A stretch of DNA of 45,113 nucleotides from a virus. Lineage: Duplodnaviria; Caudoviricetes. A program made the translations under genes and the position numbers. The notes under the pieces are model-generated. The model did not search any database, was not told the DNA's origin, and worked only from the letters and a program-made list of their open reading frames with translations. Location: the IMG/VR virus record IMGVR_UViG_3300025718_000011, positions 1 through 45,113 of that record, one strand, 5' to 3'. Positions 33,658-45,067 of this stretch are shown here, one piece after another (position 1 is the stretch's first letter; each line of letters begins with the position of its first letter).

Positions 33658-34184
33658 AAACGAGAGTTGGCCGGCGTTGGACAGATGAGCAGAAGGCAAA
33701 GGTTTCTGCGAGTCTTATGGGCCGCAAGGTTTCCGCCGAAACTCGGGTAAAGATTTCTGCGACGGAGAAAGAGACTAAATCGCACATTGTAACTCATGCG
33801 TCGCCCGAAACGCGAGCGAAGATGTCAGCGGCAATGATGGGGAATAAATACGCTCTTGGGCATTCTCATCCTCAGTCACCTGAGGTACGAGCAAAGATGT
33901 CTGTCGCGAGTCAAGGGAATACAAGAGGACATGGCAATTGGAAGGGCGGTCGGGACATATCTCATCCTAAAAGGAGGGCGAAGCATCGCACTCTCGGTTT
34001 TGTCCCGTTGAATCAACCGTTTGATGGCGCAGAAGGGCACCACGTCAGCAAGGAATATGTGGTCTACATTCCACGGGACCTGCACAAAAGCGTTTGGCAC
34101 AACGTCTGGACGGGGAAGAACATGGAGCAGATTAACATTCTGGCTCTTGGTTATCTCGTTCGGCAACTGGAGGCGGCGGCATGA
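33651..34184 (+). CDS. NUMOD3-repeat HNH-like endonuclease
   Basis: Repeated SxETRAKMS units, GNWKGG, EGHH...LH. Confidence 0.75.
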   Translation: MVKTRVGRRWTDEQKAKVSASLMGRKVSAETRVKISATEKETKSHIVTHASPETRAKMSAAMMGNKYALGHSHPQSPEVRAKMSVASQGNTRGHGNWKGGRDISHPKRRAKHRTLGFVPLNQPFDGAEGHHVSKEYVVYIPRDLHKSVWHNVWTGKNMEQINILALGYLVRQLEAAA

Positions 34185-34525
34185 CGGTACGCGAGGCTTT
34201 GGTCGAGGCGATGTCTGACGTGATTGTGCCGCAGGACGAAACGTCAATTTCTCCGTCACTTCCTGTTGCCTACTTGTTCGTTCTTGGCGACAGCAAAAAG
34301 AAGTATGGAGACGAAGAGACCTTGCAGTTGAGTATAGGAGATCGTACCAAAGAAAAGGTTGACGAACTTTATGACGATTTGTACGAGGCGATTGGGACAA
34401 GTTATACGGCCCTTGACGGCACTTATCTCGCTCTTGTAGTGTGGGAACCGGCACAGCCGCTCGTAATGTTGGACGGGTCGTGGGGACGCAGGATGACGTT
34501 GAAGATTAGTTATTGGGGGGTATAG
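34181..34525 (+). CDS. Putative tail terminator
   Basis: Size and synteny. Confidence 0.55.
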   Translation: MTVREALVEAMSDVIVPQDETSISPSLPVAYLFVLGDSKKKYGDEETLQLSIGDRTKEKVDELYDDLYEAIGTSYTALDGTYLALVVWEPAQPLVMLDGSWGRRMTLKISYWGV

Positions 34526-34526
34526 C

Positions 34527-34874
34527 ATGGCTACAAGCCTGACCGTTCAAGCATTTGTGACAAGCACACCACAAAAGTACACAGGTGAGGCTTTGGTGGC
34601 CGACATGGAATTCACTATGAATAATTCCAGCGACATCATCCTCCAGGTGTACAACGCACACGCAACAGACCCTATCGTCGTCACGCTCGTTGGCGAGGGC
34701 GTTTGCGAATTCGGGTCCACACACAGTCTTGTGCAGTCCATTCCACATGGAGAAACGTGGATATTCCCTCCGCTTTCTCCACAGAGGTTTCAGGATGAGG
34801 CGGCGAAGACCGTAGAGATCACGACGACTGGTACATTGACGAACTGCACAATAAAGGCAATGAAACTTAGGTAG
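34527..34874 (+). CDS. Virion structural protein (beta-rich)
   Basis: Synteny and composition. Confidence 0.5.
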   Translation: MATSLTVQAFVTSTPQKYTGEALVADMEFTMNNSSDIILQVYNAHATDPIVVTLVGEGVCEFGSTHSLVQSIPHGETWIFPPLSPQRFQDEAAKTVEITTTGTLTNCTIKAMKLR

Positions 34875-34884
34875 GGAGGGTACT

Positions 34885-35247
34885 ATGGCAGCGAAGATTT
34901 TTTCAATCACGACTGGCAGTGCCGTTGGCGCCATCACTGGCGTCGTTGTCGGCGATGCGACGCTGGATGGGAAGGCTGGCAGTGTCAAGGAACTCGTCGG
35001 CAACCCCAGTACGACAATCGAGGACACACGCATTGGCGAGGCGACCACACAGACGCTGAGCTGCAACTTTGCATTCGCTGCAGGCGACGCGACAGACATC
35101 CAGGCACTCACGTTCGATGGCACGACAGCGGTAACAGTAACTGCTGGCACGCTGACACTTGCGGGGTATTTGACGCACTGGGAAGTCAAGGCGACCAAAG
35201 ACGACTGGTGGGTAGGTTCCTGCACAGTCGTGAAGGAAGGTGCGTAA
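34885..35247 (+). CDS. Putative tail tube protein, copy 1
   Basis: Thr/Gly/Val-rich; paralogous to the next gene; precedes the chaperone. Confidence 0.55.
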   Translation: MAAKIFSITTGSAVGAITGVVVGDATLDGKAGSVKELVGNPSTTIEDTRIGEATTQTLSCNFAFAAGDATDIQALTFDGTTAVTVTAGTLTLAGYLTHWEVKATKDDWWVGSCTVVKEGA

Positions 35248-35642
35248 TGGCTACCGATAGAGTATTTGGCATTGGCTCTGTTACTTGTGCTCCGATCACG
35301 GGCATTATCGTTGGTGACGTGACGATCACGGGGGACATCGGGGAAATCAAGAAACTAACTGGCAACCCGTTTACGACCATCGTTGAAACGCGCGTGGGCA
35401 CGCCGATGGTCCGCAAGATGTCTCTCACGGGCGCTTATGAGTCGCACACGCTCAACCAAGCATTGCTTGGCACAGAGGTGACGCTGACTGTTCCGTCCGA
35501 CACGACGAACCATGCGATGAGTGGCGCTGATGGTCCTGCCGACACTATTACGCTCACGGGCATATGCACGGAGTGGAGCGTGAAAGTGTCGAAGAGCGAT
35601 TGGGCAGTGGCTTCAATTTCTGTGGAGAAGAAGGGAACATAG
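35247..35642 (+). CDS. Putative tail tube protein, copy 2
   Basis: ITG..VGD.T..G..G..K.L.GNP.TTI..TR.G shared with copy 1; TAATG coupling. Confidence 0.55.
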   Translation: MATDRVFGIGSVTCAPITGIIVGDVTITGDIGEIKKLTGNPFTTIVETRVGTPMVRKMSLTGAYESHTLNQALLGTEVTLTVPSDTTNHAMSGADGPADTITLTGICTEWSVKVSKSDWAVASISVEKKGT

Positions 35643-35652
35643 GGAGGCAACT

Positions 35653-35889
35653 ATGAAATACGCATTATTGGCACAATTCGAGAAACTTTTCCATCGCACG
35701 CCCTTTAAGGCCGTGGAGGATATGATTTCCATGACCGCCGACGAACAACGCTGGTTCATATGGGCATACCGCGCAAAGACTGATCCCAGCCTCCTACTGC
35801 CCACGGCAGTCGAAGAGTGGACCAGCAAGGAGATGGGAGAAGCTGTCGGAGATTTTTTCGGCGTAGCAACACCCTCGACCCCCTCTTAG
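35653..35889 (+). CDS. Tail assembly chaperone (G)
   Basis: Precedes the tape measure; slippery T TTT TTC at 35853-35859. Confidence 0.75.
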   Translation: MKYALLAQFEKLFHRTPFKAVEDMISMTADEQRWFIWAYRAKTDPSLLLPTAVEEWTSKEMGEAVGDFFGVATPSTPS

Positions 35890-36092
35890 CAAACGTCTAC
35901 CGAGTCTTCGGCCAGATGGGCTGGTCGAAGTCGGACATTGATAGTTCGGACTTCTGGGAACTGATCGACATCATGGAGTCTGGAGAAGAGAAAGGGGCAG
36001 TACCTCTTGACCAGTTGAACGTGGAGAGCATGGACTTCGACCAAGTGAAGAAAGACTTGCAGGAGAGTGGCGAATGGCCGACCAAGAACTGA
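35853..36092 (+). CDS. Tail assembly chaperone -1 frameshift extension (GT)
   Basis: Open -1 frame from the slippery site to the tape measure start; MGWSKSDID pattern. Confidence 0.7.
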   Translation, partial: FFRRSNTLDPLLANVYRVFGQMGWSKSDIDSSDFWELIDIMESGEEKGAVPLDQLNVESMDFDQVKKDLQESGEWPTKN

Positions 36093-37654
36093 TTATCAAA
36101 CTGCAAGCACAAATTGATGATGTCGTTTCTCAATTCGATGCCATCTCCGCTGCTGCAACAAACATGGGCGGGAACATTGTTGAGCAGATGACGGCGGCTG
36201 CCAATGCGTCGTCGTCTGCGTGGAATGCCGCTGTTGCAAGCATCAACGCGCAAGGCAACCCAGTTCACATGTTCAACGATCAGTTTGCCTCTGTCGGAGT
36301 AACGGCAAGCACTGCGATGGCGAAGGCGAGTACCGCCGTGAAGTCTGTTGCTCCGCCAGTTAATGCGCTTGGTAATGCGTTCAAGACGGCGCTTGGCATA
36401 ATAGGCATTGCCTCTGTTGTACAACTGACTCAGCGTTTGAAGCAGTTCGCCACCGAAGCGGTTTCGGATTTTACAAAGGCCGATGCTGCAGCGAAAGAGT
36501 TTCAGAATGTTCTTGTCCAACGTGGCTTAACGAAGCCGGAAGCCCTGCAGACATCTAATTTGGTCGGTGGTCTGGCGGGGAATGTTGGCATCGAGCCGGA
36601 GCAAATCGAACAAGGAATAACGAGTTTAACGGTAAAGTTGAACGGAGGAAAAAATGCTGCCGCTGGGTTCAACGTAGCGCTGGATTCAATGCGGGTCCTT
36701 GGTGGAACGTTTGCCACCGCCGTACAACGAGTAGCCATTGCTGCCGAAGGTTCGTTGAAGTCTCTGCGTCAGTTTGGTATTACCACAAACAAAGACGTCA
36801 ACGGTAATCTGAAAACGATGAGCCAGCTTTTGAAAGAGATGGCAGCGAACATGAAGGGTGGTTTGTCGACATACTTGCAAACGCCGCTTGGCATGATCGA
36901 CCGCATGAAGGTCAGTTTGCAGGAGTTGAAGGAGAGTATCGGCGGTGCATTGATAAATATTTTTGCGCCCGCCGCGCAGTTCACGAGAGGGTTCGCAGAT
37001 GCGCTCGTAGCGATGATGGCAACATCAAATTCCGCAGTTCCCGTTCTCAATCAACTCGCGATTGCTGGGGCGCAGGTTGCAAAGTGGTTCTACGATGCGG
37101 CGATAAATATGAAGATGTTCGCCGTCAGTACATATATTCCGCTCAACGCTCACGATAGACAAGTCAAAGAAGACACGTTCCAATCACTGTTTAACGCAAA
37201 ACAGGATGCGGATACCGCTGCGAACGCGGTCATCGAAAACCTCACAACGTCAACTCCGCAAAGCGACGTGACGGATTATCTTAAAAAAATAGACGAGTTA
37301 TTGACGAAGACAACGGCTGACACTACTACTGCGGGAGTGGCGGCCAAGAAGACCGCTGCTGCATGGGAAGCGGCGTTTGCTCCTTTGACTCTTCTGTCGG
37401 GAAACATCCCCGCTCTCGCAAAGTACGTCGGGAACCTCAGTTCCAACTTTGTTCTGCGTTCTGAATTGAGGATCACCGTGAATGGAGAGAATACACGGAG
37501 CTTGAAAGACGCGCAATGGAAGACGAACAGAGCGGTGGATGCTGCCATTCTTAAGGCAACCCCGCTGCCTACTACCTCTCGCGATGTCGGGTGGACTCAC
37601 GCCGCCGGCGGCTACTCGCGGGTTCTGAACACGTCGGGCTTGGGGGGAAGATAA
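36074..37654 (+). CDS. Tape measure protein
   Basis: Ala-rich helical 526 aa, LRQFGI motif, synteny. Confidence 0.85.
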   Translation: MADQELIIKLQAQIDDVVSQFDAISAAATNMGGNIVEQMTAAANASSSAWNAAVASINAQGNPVHMFNDQFASVGVTASTAMAKASTAVKSVAPPVNALGNAFKTALGIIGIASVVQLTQRLKQFATEAVSDFTKADAAAKEFQNVLVQRGLTKPEALQTSNLVGGLAGNVGIEPEQIEQGITSLTVKLNGGKNAAAGFNVALDSMRVLGGTFATAVQRVAIAAEGSLKSLRQFGITTNKDVNGNLKTMSQLLKEMAANMKGGLSTYLQTPLGMIDRMKVSLQELKESIGGALINIFAPAAQFTRGFADALVAMMATSNSAVPVLNQLAIAGAQVAKWFYDAAINMKMFAVSTYIPLNAHDRQVKEDTFQSLFNAKQDADTAANAVIENLTTSTPQSDVTDYLKKIDELLTKTTADTTTAGVAAKKTAAAWEAAFAPLTLLSGNIPALAKYVGNLSSNFVLRSELRITVNGENTRSLKDAQWKTNRAVDAAILKATPLPTTSRDVGWTHAAGGYSRVLNTSGLGGR

Positions 37655-37655
37655 A

Positions 37656-38045
37656 ATGTCCGTAACTCTGAATCCCACATTCACCGCAAACGGTATCGCG
37701 ATCCTGAAGGATACGTTGGAGTATCCTTCGCAAGATGGTGAGACATCGGATGGCATCAACGGCGTCATTCGCTTTGCCCGCTTTTCATGGCACCGCGATC
37801 TCACTGTGCAGTTTCGCAGCAAGGCGATTCTCGCGTCATTCCTTTTTGCGCTCGGCAAGCCGGATGGCTTGCTCGTGGACTACGACAGTGAGACGTACTA
37901 CGTTGACTCGTTTTCCTTCTCTTCCACGTTCGGAGGGTTCGGCTCATCGGATACGAATACGGTGTGGGAGTACGACGTGAGCTTGAAACGTCCCGGCACG
38001 GTTGCGTCTCCGTCCGGCGGTAGCACCGGGCAAATGAAGATTTGA
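37656..38045 (+). CDS. Putative distal tail protein
   Basis: Follows the tape measure. Confidence 0.55.
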   Translation: MSVTLNPTFTANGIAILKDTLEYPSQDGETSDGINGVIRFARFSWHRDLTVQFRSKAILASFLFALGKPDGLLVDYDSETYYVDSFSFSSTFGGFGSSDTNTVWEYDVSLKRPGTVASPSGGSTGQMKI

Positions 38046-39127
38046 TGAATTACCTGAAAGTTGTCAACCTTCCGACGAAGGTGAGCATCTGGGCTGGCAA
38101 CGCCGGCGAAATTGTCCTCGGCACGGGGGACGCCGGTGCGCCGCAGCGCGTGGTTGTGAGCCTATCCTATGGCGGCTCGTTCTTCGGCGCTGGTTCAGCG
38201 AGCCTCACGGTCTGGGAACCGGGTGGCATTTCCGTTTTTCCCCAATCGGGCGGCGGCGTGTGGCGCGTTCGCGTGAATGACGTGGACTGCTTTTATGGAT
38301 TCTTCGACCATTCTCATTCTGACAGAATCGGTGGCGGGTACATGCGGACGTTCCAGTTGGTTGACCTTCTGGCCGCCTGGGACTTGACGTTGAACGATGT
38401 CCTGCCGCATGGTTGTACGACGGAGACCCCTTCTACGACGTACACCCTGTCCGATGCTCTTTCGTATATGATCACGACGGTCAGCGACCCGACGATGGGC
38501 GATGTCCCTTTCACCGGCACGATGCCGACAACGGCGCTGTTGGTGCGAGATCAGTACAGCGACAAGGTGCTTGTCATCCCGAACAGCACATACCTCGCGG
38601 AAATTCAAAAACTCGCGCAACTCATTGGCGTGACGTTGTATCAGAACCCGTCGCAGCGGGCCATCACGTGCGCGGACGCGCTTACGCCAGGGTTGGGGGA
38701 TTTTACGTATGAGAAGGAGAGGTTAAAAGAGGCGTCGTTCGACGTGGACGCTTCGACGATCCCAGCTACCGTGATGGTTGTCGACGATGTGACGCACAAG
38801 GCGGCAGCGTATGGCAAGTACGGGGGAACAAGCGACACATTGAACTTCGCCATGACGGGCCGGAATAATCTTGCCTACCTCTCCACCATCGGCGTCGACG
38901 ACAGCAAACTTGTGGATATGGCGCACGACGTGTTCGACGTGTCGCGTCATGCGTCACAGGTTCTCACGTTCATTTATGCAGGGCTTGAACCCGACAAAAA
39001 GATACTAGGCAAGAGGTTCAGTTGGCAGGACAACGAGGGCAGATATGGACTGTACTACGTCAGTGGTTTCACAGCGAACCTTACTGCAACCAGCGTCTAT
39101 ACCACCATTGAGGCATACGTCGCATGA
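38042..39127 (+). CDS. Putative baseplate hub/tail tip protein
   Basis: 361 aa, synteny. Confidence 0.6.
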   Translation: MMNYLKVVNLPTKVSIWAGNAGEIVLGTGDAGAPQRVVVSLSYGGSFFGAGSASLTVWEPGGISVFPQSGGGVWRVRVNDVDCFYGFFDHSHSDRIGGGYMRTFQLVDLLAAWDLTLNDVLPHGCTTETPSTTYTLSDALSYMITTVSDPTMGDVPFTGTMPTTALLVRDQYSDKVLVIPNSTYLAEIQKLAQLIGVTLYQNPSQRAITCADALTPGLGDFTYEKERLKEASFDVDASTIPATVMVVDDVTHKAAAYGKYGGTSDTLNFAMTGRNNLAYLSTIGVDDSKLVDMAHDVFDVSRHASQVLTFIYAGLEPDKKILGKRFSWQDNEGRYGLYYVSGFTANLTATSVYTTIEAYVA

Positions 39128-39399
39128 GCGTCCGCAGTGAAATGGAAAGGATCGTCAGTACGGCGTTGCACTGCAACCCGGTGCAGTTCGTCTATGGAAC
39201 AGGTGCAACGACCACCATCGCGTTCGGATATAAGTTTGTTTCCGAGCCTTGTATCATTCTTTCTGTGGTGGGCGCAACGGGTCAGACTGCGCAGGTTGTC
39301 AGCAAGGACAAGACTGGGGTCTTCTACACGGGCGCGACCATCGTGACCAATGGAACTTCTGTTGACTGGATCGCCATAGGGACGGGGATAGCGGCATGA
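39124..39399 (+). CDS. Small tail protein (H-type lectin/gp53-like)
   Basis: TIAF..KF...P...VDWIAIG pattern. Confidence 0.55.
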   Translation: MSVRSEMERIVSTALHCNPVQFVYGTGATTTIAFGYKFVSEPCIILSVVGATGQTAQVVSKDKTGVFYTGATIVTNGTSVDWIAIGTGIAA

Positions 39400-39827
39400 T
39401 ATACACAATTGCGCCGCCTCTTATGCAAAACTTCGCCCATGACCAGGGCGAGATGATTTTTTGGGTCGGTTCAATTACGGGTTATGACAGTTGGTATCTG
39501 GCGTTATCATACAGCCTCACGATTGATGGTGTTCCGGCAGATGGGGGTGTTTGCTTACAACTGTATTCCAGTGGGGTGTTTGTTGGAGTGGAGTTTATGT
39601 GGACGACGGCGACGTTGTACTTATGCGACGAACAGCGTCATTCTGTATCGTTCAGTGCGGTGGAAAATGAATATTATAGCGATGCTTGGAGTTGGGCGGG
39701 CACTCTATGGTTAAAACCAAATGAGGATCGTATCTATGATCCTATGGCTGAGACAACTCCCCCGGTTACACCCGTCACTCGTTCCTTCCCCTGGGTTGGA
39801 AGATTCCGTTTATGTAAGGTCAATTAG
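39396..39827 (+). CDS. Tail region hypothetical protein
   Basis: Aromatic-rich, ATGA-coupled. Confidence 0.55.
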   Translation: MIYTIAPPLMQNFAHDQGEMIFWVGSITGYDSWYLALSYSLTIDGVPADGGVCLQLYSSGVFVGVEFMWTTATLYLCDEQRHSVSFSAVENEYYSDAWSWAGTLWLKPNEDRIYDPMAETTPPVTPVTRSFPWVGRFRLCKVN

Positions 39828-39838
39828 GAGGTCTACGT

Positions 39839-40203
39839 ATGAATCAGCCCTTTGTCTGTAATCTGCATCACCGTCAAGGCGACCGATGGTCTGTCGTGTT
39901 CGAGATCGCAGTGAACTTGACAGGGAAGGCGTGCCGCTTCCATGCGTACTCGTCAATAGGAACCAAAGTGATTGACTGCGACACGGCGGGGGCGACCCTG
40001 GCGCTTGCGTACGACGCCGATGAGACGTTTGTGGTCGCCGGCGTGACGTATACGGGCGTGACAACCCTCACTCCCGTACTGACTCTTGCACAGTCCGCCT
40101 TTCTCTCTCCCGACCTTTTGGACTATGACGTGGAGGATTACACGACAGGCGACACGTACGTCATCGGCACTATTGAAGTTGCCCGGGATGAATCGGTGAC
40201 GAT

Positions 40204-40207
<4 letters not shown>
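39839..40207 (+). CDS. Baseplate-upper (BppU-N-like) protein
   Basis: QGD.W...NLTG...YDVE...GTIEV pattern. Confidence 0.55.
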
Positions 40208-42068
<1,861 letters not shown>

Positions 42069-42072
<4 letters not shown>

Positions 42073-42623
42073 GAGAGCTGATAGAGAAGCGGACAGCCCG
42101 CTCAAAGACATGGGATTTGGAGAATGGGAAGTTTGCTACGCAGGTTGGCGGCGGCATTGCTCACCATCAGAAGAATGGAGCGTGGGTTGATACGGATTCC
42201 AACTGGACAGACTTGACCGACAGATTTGGTGTGGGAGAGTTCCCTTTTGCCATTGATTTCCGCAAGAACACGAGAACTCTCACGATTGACTATGGTGGAG
42301 GGGATGTCCTGACCCTCACGCCACGCAACATGGAGGTACCGACGTCCATCACCCGTTCAGGTAATGGAATCACGCTCGTTCGGCTGTGGAAGGGCATTAC
42401 CCTTAAACTTATTCTCACACCAGAAGGTTTACATTTCAATTACATCAAAACATCAACTTCGTTTATCAATCCTTCGTTCAATGTCACTGGCGATTGGGAA
42501 AAATACTATGGTACAAATATTTATGAGGCGAACGGAATTCCTGTTACAATGCCTCAAACGCTGGTTAGCGGCAAACTCACCTATGATTTCTCACTTGTTC
42601 CCTTGAATGTGGAGGTGAGATAA
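42069..42623 (+). CDS. Hypothetical virion protein
   Basis: [14 protein letters not shown]-terminal motif. Confidence 0.6.
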
Positions 42624-43330
42624 TGGCTTCTCCGCAGACATTACAACCATCGCTTAAAGATGTTCAAATTGGCGAGCAGTCGCCCACATTTAATAATACG
42701 ACGTCCGTTATGTCCGCGTGTCCGACTACTGCTAAACGTTTTCGGAGTCTTTGCAGTTTTGATTTTTCTGCGGTGGTTCCTGCGGGAGCAACAATCACGC
42801 TTGCCACGCTGGGGTCGTATTGTTCCAATTCCGCATTAGCCGGTCGTACAATCACGGTCTATCGTTTATTGCGCACCGACTGGGAAGAATTACAAGCAAC
42901 TTGGAATATCTACAAGACGGGCGCGTCGTGGGGAACGGCGGGCGCGTTAAACTCCAGCACGGACTATACCACAACCGATGCCGCAACCGCTGCTTCTGTC
43001 GCAGTAGGGACCTGGCTGAACGAAACCGTCACAGCGCAAGTGCAAACCGCATTGGATTCCGTGAGCGGCGTTGCTCATTTTCTCATAGCAGACGTTGGAG
43101 CAACCGCTGTTGGGGCAAATTCGTTTCGGCGCAAAAAATGGGGCGGTGCCACTACCCCTACCCTCTACATTGAGTACACCGTACCCTTTATTACGGGCAT
43201 CAACATCGGTGATGTGGTCAAGCCGATCGACTGGGCTGGCTCCAAAATCAACATCGGGGATACATGGAAGGCAATAGCGAAAGTACAGGTAAATATCGGT
43301 GATGTGTGGAAGGATGTGTATATCCCATGA
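42623..43330 (+). CDS. DNRLRE/CBM-like receptor-binding candidate
   Basis: RSL..FD.S, TITLATL, W.E.QATWN, PTLYIEY; three C-terminal NIGD repeats. Confidence 0.65.
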   Translation: MASPQTLQPSLKDVQIGEQSPTFNNTTSVMSACPTTAKRFRSLCSFDFSAVVPAGATITLATLGSYCSNSALAGRTITVYRLLRTDWEELQATWNIYKTGASWGTAGALNSSTDYTTTDAATAASVAVGTWLNETVTAQVQTALDSVSGVAHFLIADVGATAVGANSFRRKKWGGATTPTLYIEYTVPFITGINIGDVVKPIDWAGSKINIGDTWKAIAKVQVNIGDVWKDVYIP

Positions 43331-43456
43331 TTGACGTAGAGATTGAGGGCATGACGGGAGGATGAGACGAAGTTTCCAACATGGGTACGAGCCATGGCAT
43401 GGGCCGTGTTGATTGCCGTTGCGCTGATGGACGTAATTCTACTTTGTAACCGATAG
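43327..43456 (+). pseudogene. Small membrane-peptide gene apparently broken by one extra G
   Basis: ATGA-coupled start; removing one G at 43356-43358 gives MIDVEIEGMTEDETKFPTWVRAMAWAVLIAVALMDVILLCNR. Confidence 0.4.
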
Positions 43457-43461
43457 GGGGC

Positions 43462-43866
43462 ATGATGAGCACAGACGATGAACTTTTCAATCGTAATGCA
43501 GAGCTGACAAAAGCAAACGCGGAAGCTATAAAGACGTTCAGAGAGGACATAGCAGCTAATGAGGAAAAGCGCGAAAGCAAATTGAACGGGCTTACCGTCA
43601 TTCTCAATAACTGCGTCAAGATTCTCGACCAGATCACGTATCGGATGGATACGCCGCAAATCGGGCTTTCTGATAGGCTCAATTTGGTCGATGAAAATCA
43701 GAAGGAGACAGCAAAGTTGTTGGGTGAAGTTCAGGGCATTCTTGGCCCGCTGGTTGAGCGTTCCCTACAAACACGAAAGTATATGGACTGGATTATTGGT
43801 GGTATTGTTGTTTACATCCTTACGCGACTTCTGCCATACGTCGGGCAGTTGTTACAAAAGGAGTAG
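43462..43866 (+). CDS. Coiled-coil protein with C-terminal TM helix (XhlA/holin-like)
   Basis: Architecture and position before the endolysin. Confidence 0.6.
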   Translation: MMSTDDELFNRNAELTKANAEAIKTFREDIAANEEKRESKLNGLTVILNNCVKILDQITYRMDTPQIGLSDRLNLVDENQKETAKLLGEVQGILGPLVERSLQTRKYMDWIIGGIVVYILTRLLPYVGQLLQKE

Positions 43867-43875
43867 AGGGCCGTT

Positions 43876-44622
43876 ATGAAAGGGCTAGATTTTTCAAGCG
43901 GCCGCCCCAATCTGGACGCGGTAGTACAGGCGGGGTACGGGTTCATTGTCCGCTATGCGTTTGCGTCTTCCCCGAAAGGCATCAACAAGATTGAAGCCGA
44001 CGACATCAGGGCACACAATCTCGGGCTAATTCTTATTTATGAATCCTATGCGGGCAGAGCTAAAGAGGGCCGTGCCGCTGGCGGGGCAGATGGACTGCAA
44101 GCGTTGGCACAGGCGCGGGCTATTGGATTTCCAGACACACGACCGATCTACTTTGCCGTGGATTATAACGCCCCCAGTGTTGACCAGCCCGCCATTGACG
44201 AGTACCTGAAAGGCGCTGCCGCCGCTGTCGGTATAGGGCGCGTAGGCGTCTATGGCTCCTATGCCGTTGTGGAGCGGTGCCACGCAAGAAAGACTGCAAC
44301 GTGGTTCTGGCAAACATATGCGTGGTCGGCCGGCAAAGTATCCACTCATACTCACTTTCTGCAATATAAGAATGGTCAGACGATCGGCGGCGCGACCGTG
44401 GATCTGAACGAATCGAAGCAGGCCGATTTCGGGGCCTGGACTAAGGAGGTAGTAGTGGCTACACCAAAACCCGCCATAAACCCGCCAGTTGTGACGAAAC
44501 CCAATGTGGCTATGCAGTGGGCGATCGATAACAAGATTGTGGACAAGGGGGTTGACCCGAACGCCCCCGTTACGTGGCACTCACTTATCTGGACGCTCTA
44601 TCGCGCCCGTGGTACAAAATAG
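43876..44622 (+). CDS. Endolysin, DUF1906/GH25-like glycoside hydrolase
   Basis: GLDFS, FIVRY, IYE, PIYFAVD, GVYGS, WQTYAWS, VDLN. Confidence 0.88.
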   Translation: MKGLDFSSGRPNLDAVVQAGYGFIVRYAFASSPKGINKIEADDIRAHNLGLILIYESYAGRAKEGRAAGGADGLQALAQARAIGFPDTRPIYFAVDYNAPSVDQPAIDEYLKGAAAAVGIGRVGVYGSYAVVERCHARKTATWFWQTYAWSAGKVSTHTHFLQYKNGQTIGGATVDLNESKQADFGAWTKEVVVATPKPAINPPVVTKPNVAMQWAIDNKIVDKGVDPNAPVTWHSLIWTLYRARGTK

Positions 44623-44631
44623 GAGGCAAAC

Positions 44632-45027
44632 ATGATTGATTATACTTCCGTTTATCTAGCCATTATTGCACTTATTAGTACGGTCATCGTCACCCTTGCT
44701 CCCATAGCCGTTACTGCGTTCATCAACGCACATACGGCAAAACTGATTCAGGTGAAAACACTCGCCAACAATAACCAGGACATCGCCAATGGGATCGTGG
44801 CGGTCATCCAGAATGTGTATAAGACCTACACGAACAGTGAGAAGTTCCAAGTTGCGTTCGAGGCATTGGATGCGCAGCTTCACCTTCCGGCCGGGAAAAC
44901 ACGGCAGTTGATTGAGCAAGGCGTTTCAGCAATGACGCTCACGTGGGGTAAGGCTTGGGAAAAACTCGGTGAAACGACGCCACCCGAGACAATTACCGGG
45001 GCAACGCCTCCAGCAACGACGCCGTAG
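44632..45027 (+). CDS. Holin (LL-H-like)
   Basis: N-terminal TM helix, EKF..A, LIEQGV pattern. Confidence 0.7.
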   Translation: MIDYTSVYLAIIALISTVIVTLAPIAVTAFINAHTAKLIQVKTLANNNQDIANGIVAVIQNVYKTYTNSEKFQVAFEALDAQLHLPAGKTRQLIEQGVSAMTLTWGKAWEKLGETTPPETITGATPPATTP

Positions 45028-45067
45028 TACCGCATTAGAAAAGCATGGGCATGGGTGAACAGAGTAG

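Noticed and set aside
33507-34184. Possibility that the other HNH genes are also overprinted inserts
   Set aside because: Likely starts at 33651 and 16983 give only short terminal overlaps; these are ordinary free-standing genes
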